From Candidatus Woesearchaeota archaeon (GTDB lineage Archaea > Nanobdellota > Nanobdellia > Woesearchaeales > GW2011-AR9), in NCBI GenBank assembly GCA_018696595.1, contig JABHQW010000003.1, positions 64,001 through 128,000 on the forward strand: a stretch of DNA of 64,000 bases, read 5' to 3'. Position 1 is the first letter of the stretch; each line of letters opens with the position of its first letter. This document shows, one piece after another, positions 27,144 through 35,790 of this stretch. Position numbers and translations under genes: made by a program. The notes under the pieces were generated by a model. It did not search any database. It saw nothing but the letters and a program-made list of their open reading frames with translations, and had not been told where the DNA came from.

Positions 27144-28511
27144 CTATTTATTCAGCTTCTTCTCTAATCGTATAATCTTATCTTCCCTTAAATCTAACTT
27201 TTCACCAAGCTTATCATTCTCATGGCTAAGCTTGATTATTTCCTTTTGTTTTTCTTTACTTTCTGCTTCGGTTTTCTTAATAGAATATTCTTTTCTTTCA
27301 ATTTCTCCGTTTAGATCTAGGATTTCTTTATCCAACTCTTTAATTTCCTGCTCTTGTTTCTGATTAGTTTCTTCTAAAGCTTTGTAGCGATCTTTTTCCT
27401 TCTGAATTCGTTTAAGTTCTTTGTTAAAATAATCAGAACGTTCTTCTTCATCAAAGTTACTTTCTATTTTCTTGTATTCAGATCTATCTTTAACCGGAGT
27501 AATTTGAATTTTTTCAGTTTCATCTTTTGAAGAGAACAAGTAGTAACCCAATCCTGCAGTTTTTAATTTTTGAAAATTAACTTTAGGAATCCTTAATTGT
27601 TTTGATAAAAATACTGCGTCTTTGTCTAAAGATTCTTGAAATGCGATAATTGTTCCTGCATTAGCTAAGATTGTTTCTGAGAAGTCTGTAGGTCGCTGTG
27701 ATGCAAGAATAATACCTACTCCGTATTTCCTAGACTCTCTAAGTAATAATTCAACAGGGGAACCAGGATACATCATCCTATGTGCTTCATCAATAATAAC
27801 GTACAACCAATAATCTTCACACTTTCCTTTGATGTACAGGAAGTTGATTAATTTTTTTAGTAATAAGTCTGCCACTAATGCTTTAACTTCATCTGTAGGG
27901 AAATCTAATAGTTCTATTACACTTAGATTTTTTATGATGGTGTCTAATGATAAAGAAGTACCATCTGCTTCCATGAACAGATCAACATCGAAAAGAACTG
28001 ATATTTTTGCTAATAGTTTAGATACACCTTGATTTCTTATTGGCGTATCAAAGATAATATCTCTGAAAAATGAGAATGGTAATAATTCAATAGTTCCGTC
28101 ATTTGCTTTTTTAATATCTTTAATACCTGACTTTAAATAAAACGCTTTAATCGCTTCCCTAATAATAGCTTCTTGTACATCTCCTAGAGAGAAGACACTA
28201 GCAATCATTTTAGAAACTTTATAACAAACATCTAATGGTTTTTCATTAATCTGCACTTCTAAAGGATGTAATGTAGCTTTATCTATTTGTACTAAATTAT
28301 CTGCGAAAACTTTGAAATCGTTATGAAAGTCTAGAATTAATGATTTTATCTTATGTTGCTTTAGTTCTAACATAATCGCTTTTAGAGTTTCCGTCTTCCC
28401 TGATCCAGACCCACCTACTGTGATTAGGTGTGGGTTCTTTTCTTCCTTAGGATTCCAGAATACTTTGGTTTTGTTAGACGTTCCTAGGTATACATTCAGA
28501 TCTTTAGCCAT
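27144..28511 (-). CDS. HerA/FtsK/VirB4-like ATPase with C-terminal coiled coil
   Basis: NPHLITVGGSGSGKT Walker A, VIIDEAHR Walker B, LRESRKYGVGIILASQRP. Confidence 0.85.
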   Translation of the reverse strand: MAKDLNVYLGTSNKTKVFWNPKEEKNPHLITVGGSGSGKTETLKAIMLELKQHKIKSLILDFHNDFKVFADNLVQIDKATLHPLEVQINEKPLDVCYKVSKMIASVFSLGDVQEAIIREAIKAFYLKSGIKDIKKANDGTIELLPFSFFRDIIFDTPIRNQGVSKLLAKISVLFDVDLFMEADGTSLSLDTIIKNLSVIELLDFPTDEVKALVADLLLKKLINFLYIKGKCEDYWLYVIIDEAHRMMYPGSPVELLLRESRKYGVGIILASQRPTDFSETILANAGTIIAFQESLDKDAVFLSKQLRIPKVNFQKLKTAGLGYYLFSSKDETEKIQITPVKDRSEYKKIESNFDEEERSDYFNKELKRIQKEKDRYKALEETNQKQEQEIKELDKEILDLNGEIERKEYSIKKTEAESKEKQKEIIKLSHENDKLGEKLDLREDKIIRLEKKLNK

Positions 28512-28553
28512 TTTAGCTATATACTCGAATAGTGGGGTTTAAGAATGTTTTGG

Positions 28554-28808
28554 TTATTCCTTGATTTTAATATAGTCGCATTTTGTACAAAGAAGAGTAA
28601 ATTTATTATCTTTCATTCCATGATGTAAACCTTTCTTTTTGCATTTGGGACAAATCCCATCCCCCGCTAAAAGAAATACTGCCCGTCTGGAATCATAATT
28701 TTGTTCTTTTGGTTTCATACCTTTTTCCCAACTAGAACCACAATCATTACACACAGTATATTTTCCTTCTTTTCTTAAGTTTTCACCTTTACATTCAGTA
28801 CATTTCAT
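28554..28808 (-). CDS. Small double zinc-ribbon protein
   Basis: Four CxxC pairs (CTEC, CNDC, CPKC, CTKC). Confidence 0.7.
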   Translation of the reverse strand: MKCTECKGENLRKEGKYTVCNDCGSSWEKGMKPKEQNYDSRRAVFLLAGDGICPKCKKKGLHHGMKDNKFTLLCTKCDYIKIKE

Positions 28809-28878
28809 ATGATGGGTAAGAAAGATTTAGTTTATAAATTATTTGTAGTTAACTAAGCAAAAGTCTAAGTAAACACAA

Positions 28879-28903
28879 TATTAAAATTTCTTCAGAAGCT
28901 TCT
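28879..28903 (+). repeat. 25-bp direct repeat, copy 1
   Basis: TATTAAAATTTCTTCAGAAGCTTCT; one mismatch to copy 2; ends in the palindrome AGAAGCTTCT. Confidence 0.75.
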
Positions 28904-28980
28904 GTGGCATCTTGTTTTAAGGTGGATCTATAAGAATTTCAACAGAAATAATTATAAGTAATAGCTAACATCCAATAATT

Positions 28981-29334
28981 ATGGCAAGAAGATTTTGGGA
29001 TGGTCCAGTTGTACAAGCAACTGAAGAGGAAATAAAGGCTATTAATGAAGGAAAGGTGGGATTATTTACAATTGGAAAAATTAACAGAAATGACAAAACC
29101 ATTCACAATTTTAAGATTCCTCCAGCCAAACTAAGACATAATTATTATAACACAGATTGTGGAATTAAAGTTAAAGATATTGTTGAAGATTATCCTGGTA
29201 ATCAAAGACTAAATTGTCAGGTTTGTATGTGGGGAAAAGATTGGAAAAAGACTCGATTTAAGAGACATATGGGATTTCCGAAGATGTTTTTTAAACAACT
29301 TATTTTCTATTGTAAAAGCATTCTCCGAAAATAA
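28981..29334 (+). CDS. Hypothetical protein between the direct repeats
   Basis: 117-aa ORF containing H, C and CQVC possible metal ligands. Confidence 0.5.
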   Translation: MARRFWDGPVVQATEEEIKAINEGKVGLFTIGKINRNDKTIHNFKIPPAKLRHNYYNTDCGIKVKDIVEDYPGNQRLNCQVCMWGKDWKKTRFKRHMGFPKMFFKQLIFYCKSILRK

Positions 29335-29365
29335 TTGAAAGTCTATCAGATGCAGAGTTACTAGT

Positions 29366-29390
29366 TATTATAATTTCTTCAGAAGCTTCT
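29366..29390 (+). repeat. 25-bp direct repeat, copy 2
   Basis: TATTATAATTTCTTCAGAAGCTTCT. Confidence 0.75.
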
Positions 29391-29545
29391 TTGTGTCTCG
29401 GAAACAGTTGGAGCTAGGTTTAGAAGGGAGTGTTAGTTTGTTTTTTTAGAATATAGAAGAAAGTGTTAGATTTAACTATTTTAGAGGGAAAACTTTTAAA
29501 TAATTGATATAATCAGCTATATGTAATTCATAATTTCTTTAAAAA

Positions 29546-32377
29546 ATGGAAAAAGTTACAGAAAAAATAAACAGAACTCATCCCTTACTTGAAGAGCTAA
29601 GTGAAAAACAACAAGGCGCAGTTCTAAATCAAAATAATAGATTGCTTGTTTTAGCCGGCGCTGGTTCTGGTAAAACAAAAACTTTAATTCAAAGGATTAT
29701 ATATCTTATGTTTGAAAGTCAAGTTAAATCAAAAAATATTCTTGCAATTACATTTACAAAAAATGCAGCAAATGAAATGACTGATCGATTAATTTTAGCT
29801 GCTGATAATTCGGGTAATTATCGAAAAATAATCTTTAATAAAAAAGTATCTAAAGCACAAAAAGATAACACAAGACAAGAATATCTTAGAAAGTATCCTT
29901 GGATTAGAAATATTACTGTAAAGACTTTTCATAGTTTATGTTATTCTATTATGAGAAATCATGGAAATCCTGAATTTGATAATAAATTCAAGTTATTAAT
30001 TGATAAAATTGACGAAGAAGATATTGAAAATAGGCATAAAGCGAAAGAAACACAAAGTGAAATAATTAAAGATATAATTGTAAAAAAATGTGAAGACATT
30101 GAATTCTTGTTAACTCTTAAAAGATATATTCTTGATTTTTATGTAGATAAATTAAAAACTTATCAAAACAAACCTGGTTTTGTTGATTATAAAAAACCTT
30201 TTACAACTTTAAAAGGTGAGAAAGTTAGATCAAAATCTGAAAGATATATTGCTGATTGGTGTTATAGGCATAATATTGATTATGTCTATGAACCTACAAT
30301 CAATCTAAAAGATTTTGATTTTAGGCCAGATTTTTTTATTCCAGAGATTAATACTTATATTGAACATGTTAGTAATTTAAGCAAAGGGATGAAAAATAAA
30401 GAAGAACAATTTAAGTTAACAAATCATACTTTATTCAAAACTTACGAACATATGACACTTGATATAAATAAATTCTACGAAGCTCTTGACAGAATCGTTT
30501 TTGGAAAAATTGATAAGAAAATATCAAGAATGACTGCATTAAGATTCGAAGAAGAATTTAGTGGTTATCACGATAAATTAATTCCTTATACACATTATGT
30601 AAAAAGTGCAATTGATAAAATTAAAGTCTCTAATTACAACATTACGGAAATAATGAAAACTGCTTCAGGAAACCCCCATGACCGGGTTAAAGTATTTTAC
30701 GAATTATTCCAACCTATTTTTGAAGAATATACTAAGTATTGTACTAAAATGTCTTACTTAGATTTTAATGATTTATTAATTAGATCAGTCCAACTTTTGA
30801 ATAATAATAAAGAAGTAAAAACATATTATCAAAAGTTATTCCAACATGTTTTAGTGGATGAGTTCCAAGATGTAAATAACATTCAAGTTCAACTATTAAA
30901 TGAACTTATTAACGGAGGAACTCAGTTGTTTTGTGTGGGAGATGATTGGCAAAGTATATACGGTTTTAGAGGTTCTGAAGTTGAATACATTGTTAATTTT
31001 AAAAAATATTTTCCTGGTTCTGAGATTGTTAAGTTAAATATTAATTATAGAAGTAATGACGTTATTGTAAATGCAAGTAATGAAGTTATTAAAAAAAACA
31101 AATTTAAATTAGATAAAGAAATTAGGTCATTAAACTCATCTGGGAAAAAAATATATCTTTATTGTTCAAAGCGTGAAGAAGAAGATGGTGTTGAAACAGT
31201 TGTTAAAAAAGTTAAACAACTTTATGAAGCAGGTTATAGTAGAGAAGATATTTTAATACTTTATAGAAGAAGTGGAATATATGGGCCTTACTTCCAAAGA
31301 TTTAGAGAATTAGGCATTAAAGTTCAAGCTAAAACCATACATGCTTCAAAAGGCCTAGAAGCAAAAATTGTTTTCATCATAGGTCTTAAAGATGGGTGGG
31401 GCGGATTTCCAAATGTTTGGGAAGATGACCTTATTTTTCAAATTATTAAGAAAACCAACTATGAGTTATTAATGGAAGAAGAAAGAAGACTTTTCTATGT
31501 TGCATTAACTAGAGCAAAAGATGAATTATTTCTAATTTCAGAACAGGGAAATGAATCTATTTTTGTTGAAGATATACCTGGCGAATTTGTTGACAGAGAA
31601 AACTTTCTAATATTAAACATAGAAAAACCTAAAACAAACATTTGTAAATCATGTAATGAAGAATTAAAAATAATCTTTAATTACTGCCCACATTGTGGAA
31701 AAGAAATTATTGAAGAGATTGATAAAAAAGTAGAAACTAAAACGTTTAATACTAAAAAGTTAAAAGAAATCAAACAAGAACACCCTATGGCTTATGAATT
31801 ATGGGATGAAAAACAAGAAGAAATGTTAATAGAATTATTTGACAAGAAAAAGTCTGTTTCCGAGATTTCTGAGATGATGCAAAGAAAACCAGGAGGGATA
31901 AAAGCTAGATTAATAAAATTAGGCTTAATAGAATCCAATAACTCAGAATTAAAAACTGTGAAAAATAAGATTGTAAATGATTTAACTAAAGTAGAATTTA
32001 ATGAAGATGGAAGTTTAAAATTACCACAAAATATTCTTGCAATGAAAGAAAATGAGAAAAACAGTATTATTCTCAGAAGAGTTCAAATCAATACAAATAA
32101 TCCGGCAATAGCTAATTTGAGAATTGAGTTTCCAGAAGAAATTAAAAATCCAAATAAAATAACCTCTTATTATAATGAAATTAAAGATAGAAAATATCCA
32201 TCTGTAGACCACATTATTAAACAAACTGATAAGAAAACATTTATTATTGAAGTGAATCAAGGAACCACATTTATGTACTCTTTACTGGATCATTTACTTG
32301 AATGTTTTAAATCTAAACTTGAGATAGAAAATAACGTTGTCGTAAAAGGTACTTGGGACAAATTTGATTCTGATTAA
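29546..32377 (+). CDS. UvrD/REP SF1 helicase with inserted PD-(D/E)xK-like nuclease, zinc ribbon and Myb-like HTH
   Basis: LAGAGSGKT, ITFTKNAA, VDEFQD, VGDDWQSIYGFRGS, NYRS, TIHASKGLE, EERRLFYVALTRAK; insert RSKSERYIAD..YVYEP..RPDFFI..YIEH; CKSC/CPHC. Confidence 0.92.
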   Translation: MEKVTEKINRTHPLLEELSEKQQGAVLNQNNRLLVLAGAGSGKTKTLIQRIIYLMFESQVKSKNILAITFTKNAANEMTDRLILAADNSGNYRKIIFNKKVSKAQKDNTRQEYLRKYPWIRNITVKTFHSLCYSIMRNHGNPEFDNKFKLLIDKIDEEDIENRHKAKETQSEIIKDIIVKKCEDIEFLLTLKRYILDFYVDKLKTYQNKPGFVDYKKPFTTLKGEKVRSKSERYIADWCYRHNIDYVYEPTINLKDFDFRPDFFIPEINTYIEHVSNLSKGMKNKEEQFKLTNHTLFKTYEHMTLDINKFYEALDRIVFGKIDKKISRMTALRFEEEFSGYHDKLIPYTHYVKSAIDKIKVSNYNITEIMKTASGNPHDRVKVFYELFQPIFEEYTKYCTKMSYLDFNDLLIRSVQLLNNNKEVKTYYQKLFQHVLVDEFQDVNNIQVQLLNELINGGTQLFCVGDDWQSIYGFRGSEVEYIVNFKKYFPGSEIVKLNINYRSNDVIVNASNEVIKKNKFKLDKEIRSLNSSGKKIYLYCSKREEEDGVETVVKKVKQLYEAGYSREDILILYRRSGIYGPYFQRFRELGIKVQAKTIHASKGLEAKIVFIIGLKDGWGGFPNVWEDDLIFQIIKKTNYELLMEEERRLFYVALTRAKDELFLISEQGNESIFVEDIPGEFVDRENFLILNIEKPKTNICKSCNEELKIIFNYCPHCGKEIIEEIDKKVETKTFNTKKLKEIKQEHPMAYELWDEKQEEMLIELFDKKKSVSEISEMMQRKPGGIKARLIKLGLIESNNSELKTVKNKIVNDLTKVEFNEDGSLKLPQNILAMKENEKNSIILRRVQINTNNPAIANLRIEFPEEIKNPNKITSYYNEIKDRKYPSVDHIIKQTDKKTFIIEVNQGTTFMYSLLDHLLECFKSKLEIENNVVVKGTWDKFDSD

Positions 32378-32449
32378 ACTAGGCCATTTATTCCAATAAG
32401 AATATTTCTATCAACAAATTATTTAAATAAGAATATTCTCCCTCTTAAT

Positions 32450-32803
32450 ATGAACCAAAAATTATACGAACAAGCAAAAAAGAATATCATTAAAGAAAGA
32501 GAAGAAGATCTTAAAGAAGAGATCAAAGAAGAGTACAAAGCTTTACTCTTTGAATCACAGAAACTTGTTGCTGATAAAGAAATGATGCTTCATTTGAAAT
32601 CGTTGTTAAAGAAAGCAAAGAAGTTGCCTGTTAGATCTATGGGAGAGAACTATTCTGTAAACCATCTCAAAGGAAAGATTATGACGATGATTGAGGAAGG
32701 GAAGTATCATAAGAGAGAGTTGAGAGAGATTGAAGGGAGAGTCGAAGAGAAGTTGAATCCGAAAGAGAATGTGAATGTTGTGATGAAAGGGATTGTTGGA
32801 TAG
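32450..32803 (+). CDS. Hypothetical helical protein
   Basis: 117-aa charged ORF with its own TATA box. Confidence 0.55.
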   Translation: MNQKLYEQAKKNIIKEREEDLKEEIKEEYKALLFESQKLVADKEMMLHLKSLLKKAKKLPVRSMGENYSVNHLKGKIMTMIEEGKYHKRELREIEGRVEEKLNPKENVNVVMKGIVG

Positions 32804-32847
32804 AAAAGTATAAATAAATCAAGTAAGAGAGATTCTTTAAAGAAATT

Positions 32848-33855
32848 TTATTGATTCAAAGTTTTATCAATTAACTTTTCTCCCCAAAAGATCTTATCAT
32901 AATGAAATCTAATAAACTCATCATTTATATCTGTTCTTTCATAAACTAAATCTTTATCATTATAATTGTTATTTGGATCACTATGTATTATTTTCTTAGT
33001 CACTGGATTTATCGCTATAGACCCGTAATCAAATTCAGCATGATGATATGGACAGAGAATTATTATATTCTCTTTTACGTCTGGACCATTGTACTCGCCA
33101 CCAAGAGGTTTCAAGTGATGCCCTTCTGCATAATATTTAGAGTTTTCCAACAATATTCTTTTTCCACAAACTTGACATTTCCAATTAAAATTAGATTTTA
33201 TTCCCCTTACAAGAGCTGTATCTCTAACAATCCTTGAAGTTATAACCTCAATTCTTCCAGGACTGGTGTAATCCGGATAGGGGGGTTCGTTCACAGTAGG
33301 AACTTGAGAGTTCTCATTTCTAAATTGTACAATGAAATTAAGGCTTTCTGAGAAATCATCAAAGAGATCATATAATACAGGAGGAACTTTTGCAAAATAT
33401 TTTTGAGATACTCGCAAATCTCCCCCAGTGGGATATTCAACATAGAACATGCCTTCTTTATTTTCATGTAATATTTCTCTAAGTGAAGAATTATATTCTC
33501 TGAAGAAAGATCCAATAGTTGGAGGGGAGATTAAATTATTAAATTGACCAAGATTAATTCTTTGATAAGGAGACATGTTTGTCCATCTTTCGGGCCTAGG
33601 TGGTTCATCAATGGTTTGAATTAATGGTGTCACAACCATAGAAACGCCAGCCCAAACATATCCCTCATCAGACTTTAATAAATGAATAATGATATCACCA
33701 ACTTGAACCTCTTTCATGATTTTCCATGCTTCTGAACCGCCCCTGTCTTTTACCGGACTCCACAAGCAACTCCCAAATTCCCACCCAGAACCACCGTGAG
33801 CTGGATTTGTAATTTCAAGGAATACAGATTGGCCTTCTTTTAATTTAGGTAACAT
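32848..33855 (-). CDS. HNH endonuclease with N-terminal EVE/PUA-like domain (candidate modification-dependent restriction enzyme)
   Basis: C-terminal CQVC...AEGHHLKPLG..GPDVKENIIILCPYHHAEFD; N-terminal W..MKEVQVGDIIIH PUA-like signature. Confidence 0.8.
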   Translation of the reverse strand: MLPKLKEGQSVFLEITNPAHGGSGWEFGSCLWSPVKDRGGSEAWKIMKEVQVGDIIIHLLKSDEGYVWAGVSMVVTPLIQTIDEPPRPERWTNMSPYQRINLGQFNNLISPPTIGSFFREYNSSLREILHENKEGMFYVEYPTGGDLRVSQKYFAKVPPVLYDLFDDFSESLNFIVQFRNENSQVPTVNEPPYPDYTSPGRIEVITSRIVRDTALVRGIKSNFNWKCQVCGKRILLENSKYYAEGHHLKPLGGEYNGPDVKENIIILCPYHHAEFDYGSIAINPVTKKIIHSDPNNNYNDKDLVYERTDINDEFIRFHYDKIFWGEKLIDKTLNQ

Positions 33856-33941
33856 AGAATTAAATAATGAGCACTGATATATATTATTTATGTTTTAATA
33901 TATTCTTTAGAAGCATTTGTGAGATCTAGTTTTTAGTGTAT

Positions 33942-34238
33942 TTATTTTGACAACAAATACTTTTTATCTCCAACCTTTTGAAACACTAATTGATCTATAG
34001 GTTTTAAGTTAATTTTATTCTTTAAATCCTGATTTAACTTGATAATATGAGATTTAAATTTAGTTTTTAGATAACAGGTGTATTCAATATTATCAAATAT
34101 AAAAGTTAATTCACAATCTTCATGAGGAAAATGTTTTTTGTTACTTTCTCCCACCCGTAACTGTCCTTTTTCTCTATCGATACGAGTGATATGGTTATCT
34201 TTACCCTCCGTATCAGGGATATAAAATGGTTGAGTCAT
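33942..34238 (-). CDS. Small protein, possible B3/EcoRII-N-like DNA-binding pseudobarrel
   Basis: IT..D..KGQLRV....K.HFP...L.P.DQLVF.K pattern; weak assignment. Confidence 0.4.
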   Translation of the reverse strand: MTQPFYIPDTEGKDNHITRIDREKGQLRVGESNKKHFPHEDCELTFIFDNIEYTCYLKTKFKSHIIKLNQDLKNKINLKPIDQLVFQKVGDKKYLLSK

Positions 34239-34370
34239 ATTTTAAAAAGTATTTTAAGTTTATATAAATCTTCCGACCATCGTAAATAAGTGATGAGATA
34301 TGAATCAATGATATTTAGAAATTAAAAAAACATCAATAAGTTTTTATAAAAGTAACCAAAATAGAATAAA

Positions 34371-35789
34371 ATGTCATTAAATGTACTTGAAGATCTTAAA
34401 GAAGTTTACAAATTAATATATAAATTGCTAATTTTTCCTGAATCTGATTGGAAAACTAAGATTTATGCTTCTACAGCTATGGCTTATCTCATAAATCCTT
34501 ATGATGTTATTCCCGAAGCAGAAAAAGGAAGTGAAGGTTATATTGATGATTTATATCTTTGTTTGTTAGTTTTAAAAGATTTGTCATTGTATAGAAAGGA
34601 TCTTATTGAAATAGCCAATGATAATAGATTAGATATTCAAGAATTTGTTGAACAAAAATTGATTATTTGTAAAAACGAGTTATGCGAAAAAACTAAACTG
34701 ATTGAAAAAGTTTCTGGTTATGATTCTCTGGAAAGATTTGATATTAGAAATTCACAAGTAGATTCCAAAATATCATCACAACTTGAACAGAACTCAACAA
34801 TTCTAGGAACAATTGCATTCTTTTATGATGAACTTTTAAATGTTCAAAAAACCTATGAAGAAAGAAGAGGTATGAACAAAAGAGGACCCCCTATAAGAAA
34901 AGGTTTAGGAAGAAAGATGGATCTTCCTTATGCATACCACCACACATTCTTAGAATTAAAAGAATCTAATCTTTTTTTTGATCTTAATAGGGTCTGTTTA
35001 CAATTTAACAAAAGTGAAGAATTAAAGCTTAAGATTGATTCTAATAATTCAACAGAAGATTTATTTATGAATTACGAGGACAACTTAAAAAATTTTAATG
35101 AAGATGTAGAATATTATAAAATCATTAAATTTGCTCATCCATTATTTAAAACATTATGTAATATTTCTAATGACTCCGATTGTAGTTGGCAAATCAAACA
35201 TGAAATCAATTCAGCGTTGGCTTATTTTTCATTAGTTGATGATGTTATTGATGACACTATAGAGTCTGGTCTTGGTTATGTTGATGATATTTTTGTTGCA
35301 TCATTTGTTTTATTTGATATTGCTGAAAAAGATTTTCATCTTTTAAACAGAAATTTAGACTCTGGTTTAAGTATTACAACAATTAAAAACTTATTTGAAA
35401 GATCAAGTGAAATTATTGATAATGATTTGAGTCAAATAATTAATTTACTAGGTTTAAGGGGATTAATGTCATTTTTTGATTTAAATCAACCAAATAACAC
35501 TAATGTTTGTATTATTTCCAATCATGGTTCTAATTATAAAAAGATTTTGAATAGTTTAATTAAGCTATATTTTGTTCCAGAACTTAGTTTTGACAAGAAA
35601 TCAAACATATCAGAATACATTAAAGAAATTAATAAAAGTTTATCTGGAGATCAATTATTAAAATTAAATAAGTTTATTGAAATAGCAGAAAACAGTTGTT
35701 ATAATAAAAACATACAACAAGAATTTGAAAACAAAGAACATGAAGAGATCAGATTATTAATACTTAAACATAAAATATTATCAAGCTAA
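34371..35789 (+). CDS. Tandem DUF1232/YkvA-like domain protein with conserved C-terminal tail
   Basis: Two copies of A.AY.....D.I.....G..GY.DD (AMAYLINPYDVIPEAEKGSEGYIDD; ALAYFSLVDDVIDDTIESGLGYVDD). Stop is 1 nt before the pbeA start. Confidence 0.75.
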   Translation: MSLNVLEDLKEVYKLIYKLLIFPESDWKTKIYASTAMAYLINPYDVIPEAEKGSEGYIDDLYLCLLVLKDLSLYRKDLIEIANDNRLDIQEFVEQKLIICKNELCEKTKLIEKVSGYDSLERFDIRNSQVDSKISSQLEQNSTILGTIAFFYDELLNVQKTYEERRGMNKRGPPIRKGLGRKMDLPYAYHHTFLELKESNLFFDLNRVCLQFNKSEELKLKIDSNNSTEDLFMNYEDNLKNFNEDVEYYKIIKFAHPLFKTLCNISNDSDCSWQIKHEINSALAYFSLVDDVIDDTIESGLGYVDDIFVASFVLFDIAEKDFHLLNRNLDSGLSITTIKNLFERSSEIIDNDLSQIINLLGLRGLMSFFDLNQPNNTNVCIISNHGSNYKKILNSLIKLYFVPELSFDKKSNISEYIKEINKSLSGDQLLKLNKFIEIAENSCYNKNIQQEFENKEHEEIRLLILKHKILSS

Positions 35790-35790
35790 A

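Noticed and set aside
28879-29390. CRISPR array
   Set aside because: Only two repeats, separated by 462 bp containing a gene, and no cas operon. The Cas4-like domain of the DUF2779 protein is not CRISPR evidence.
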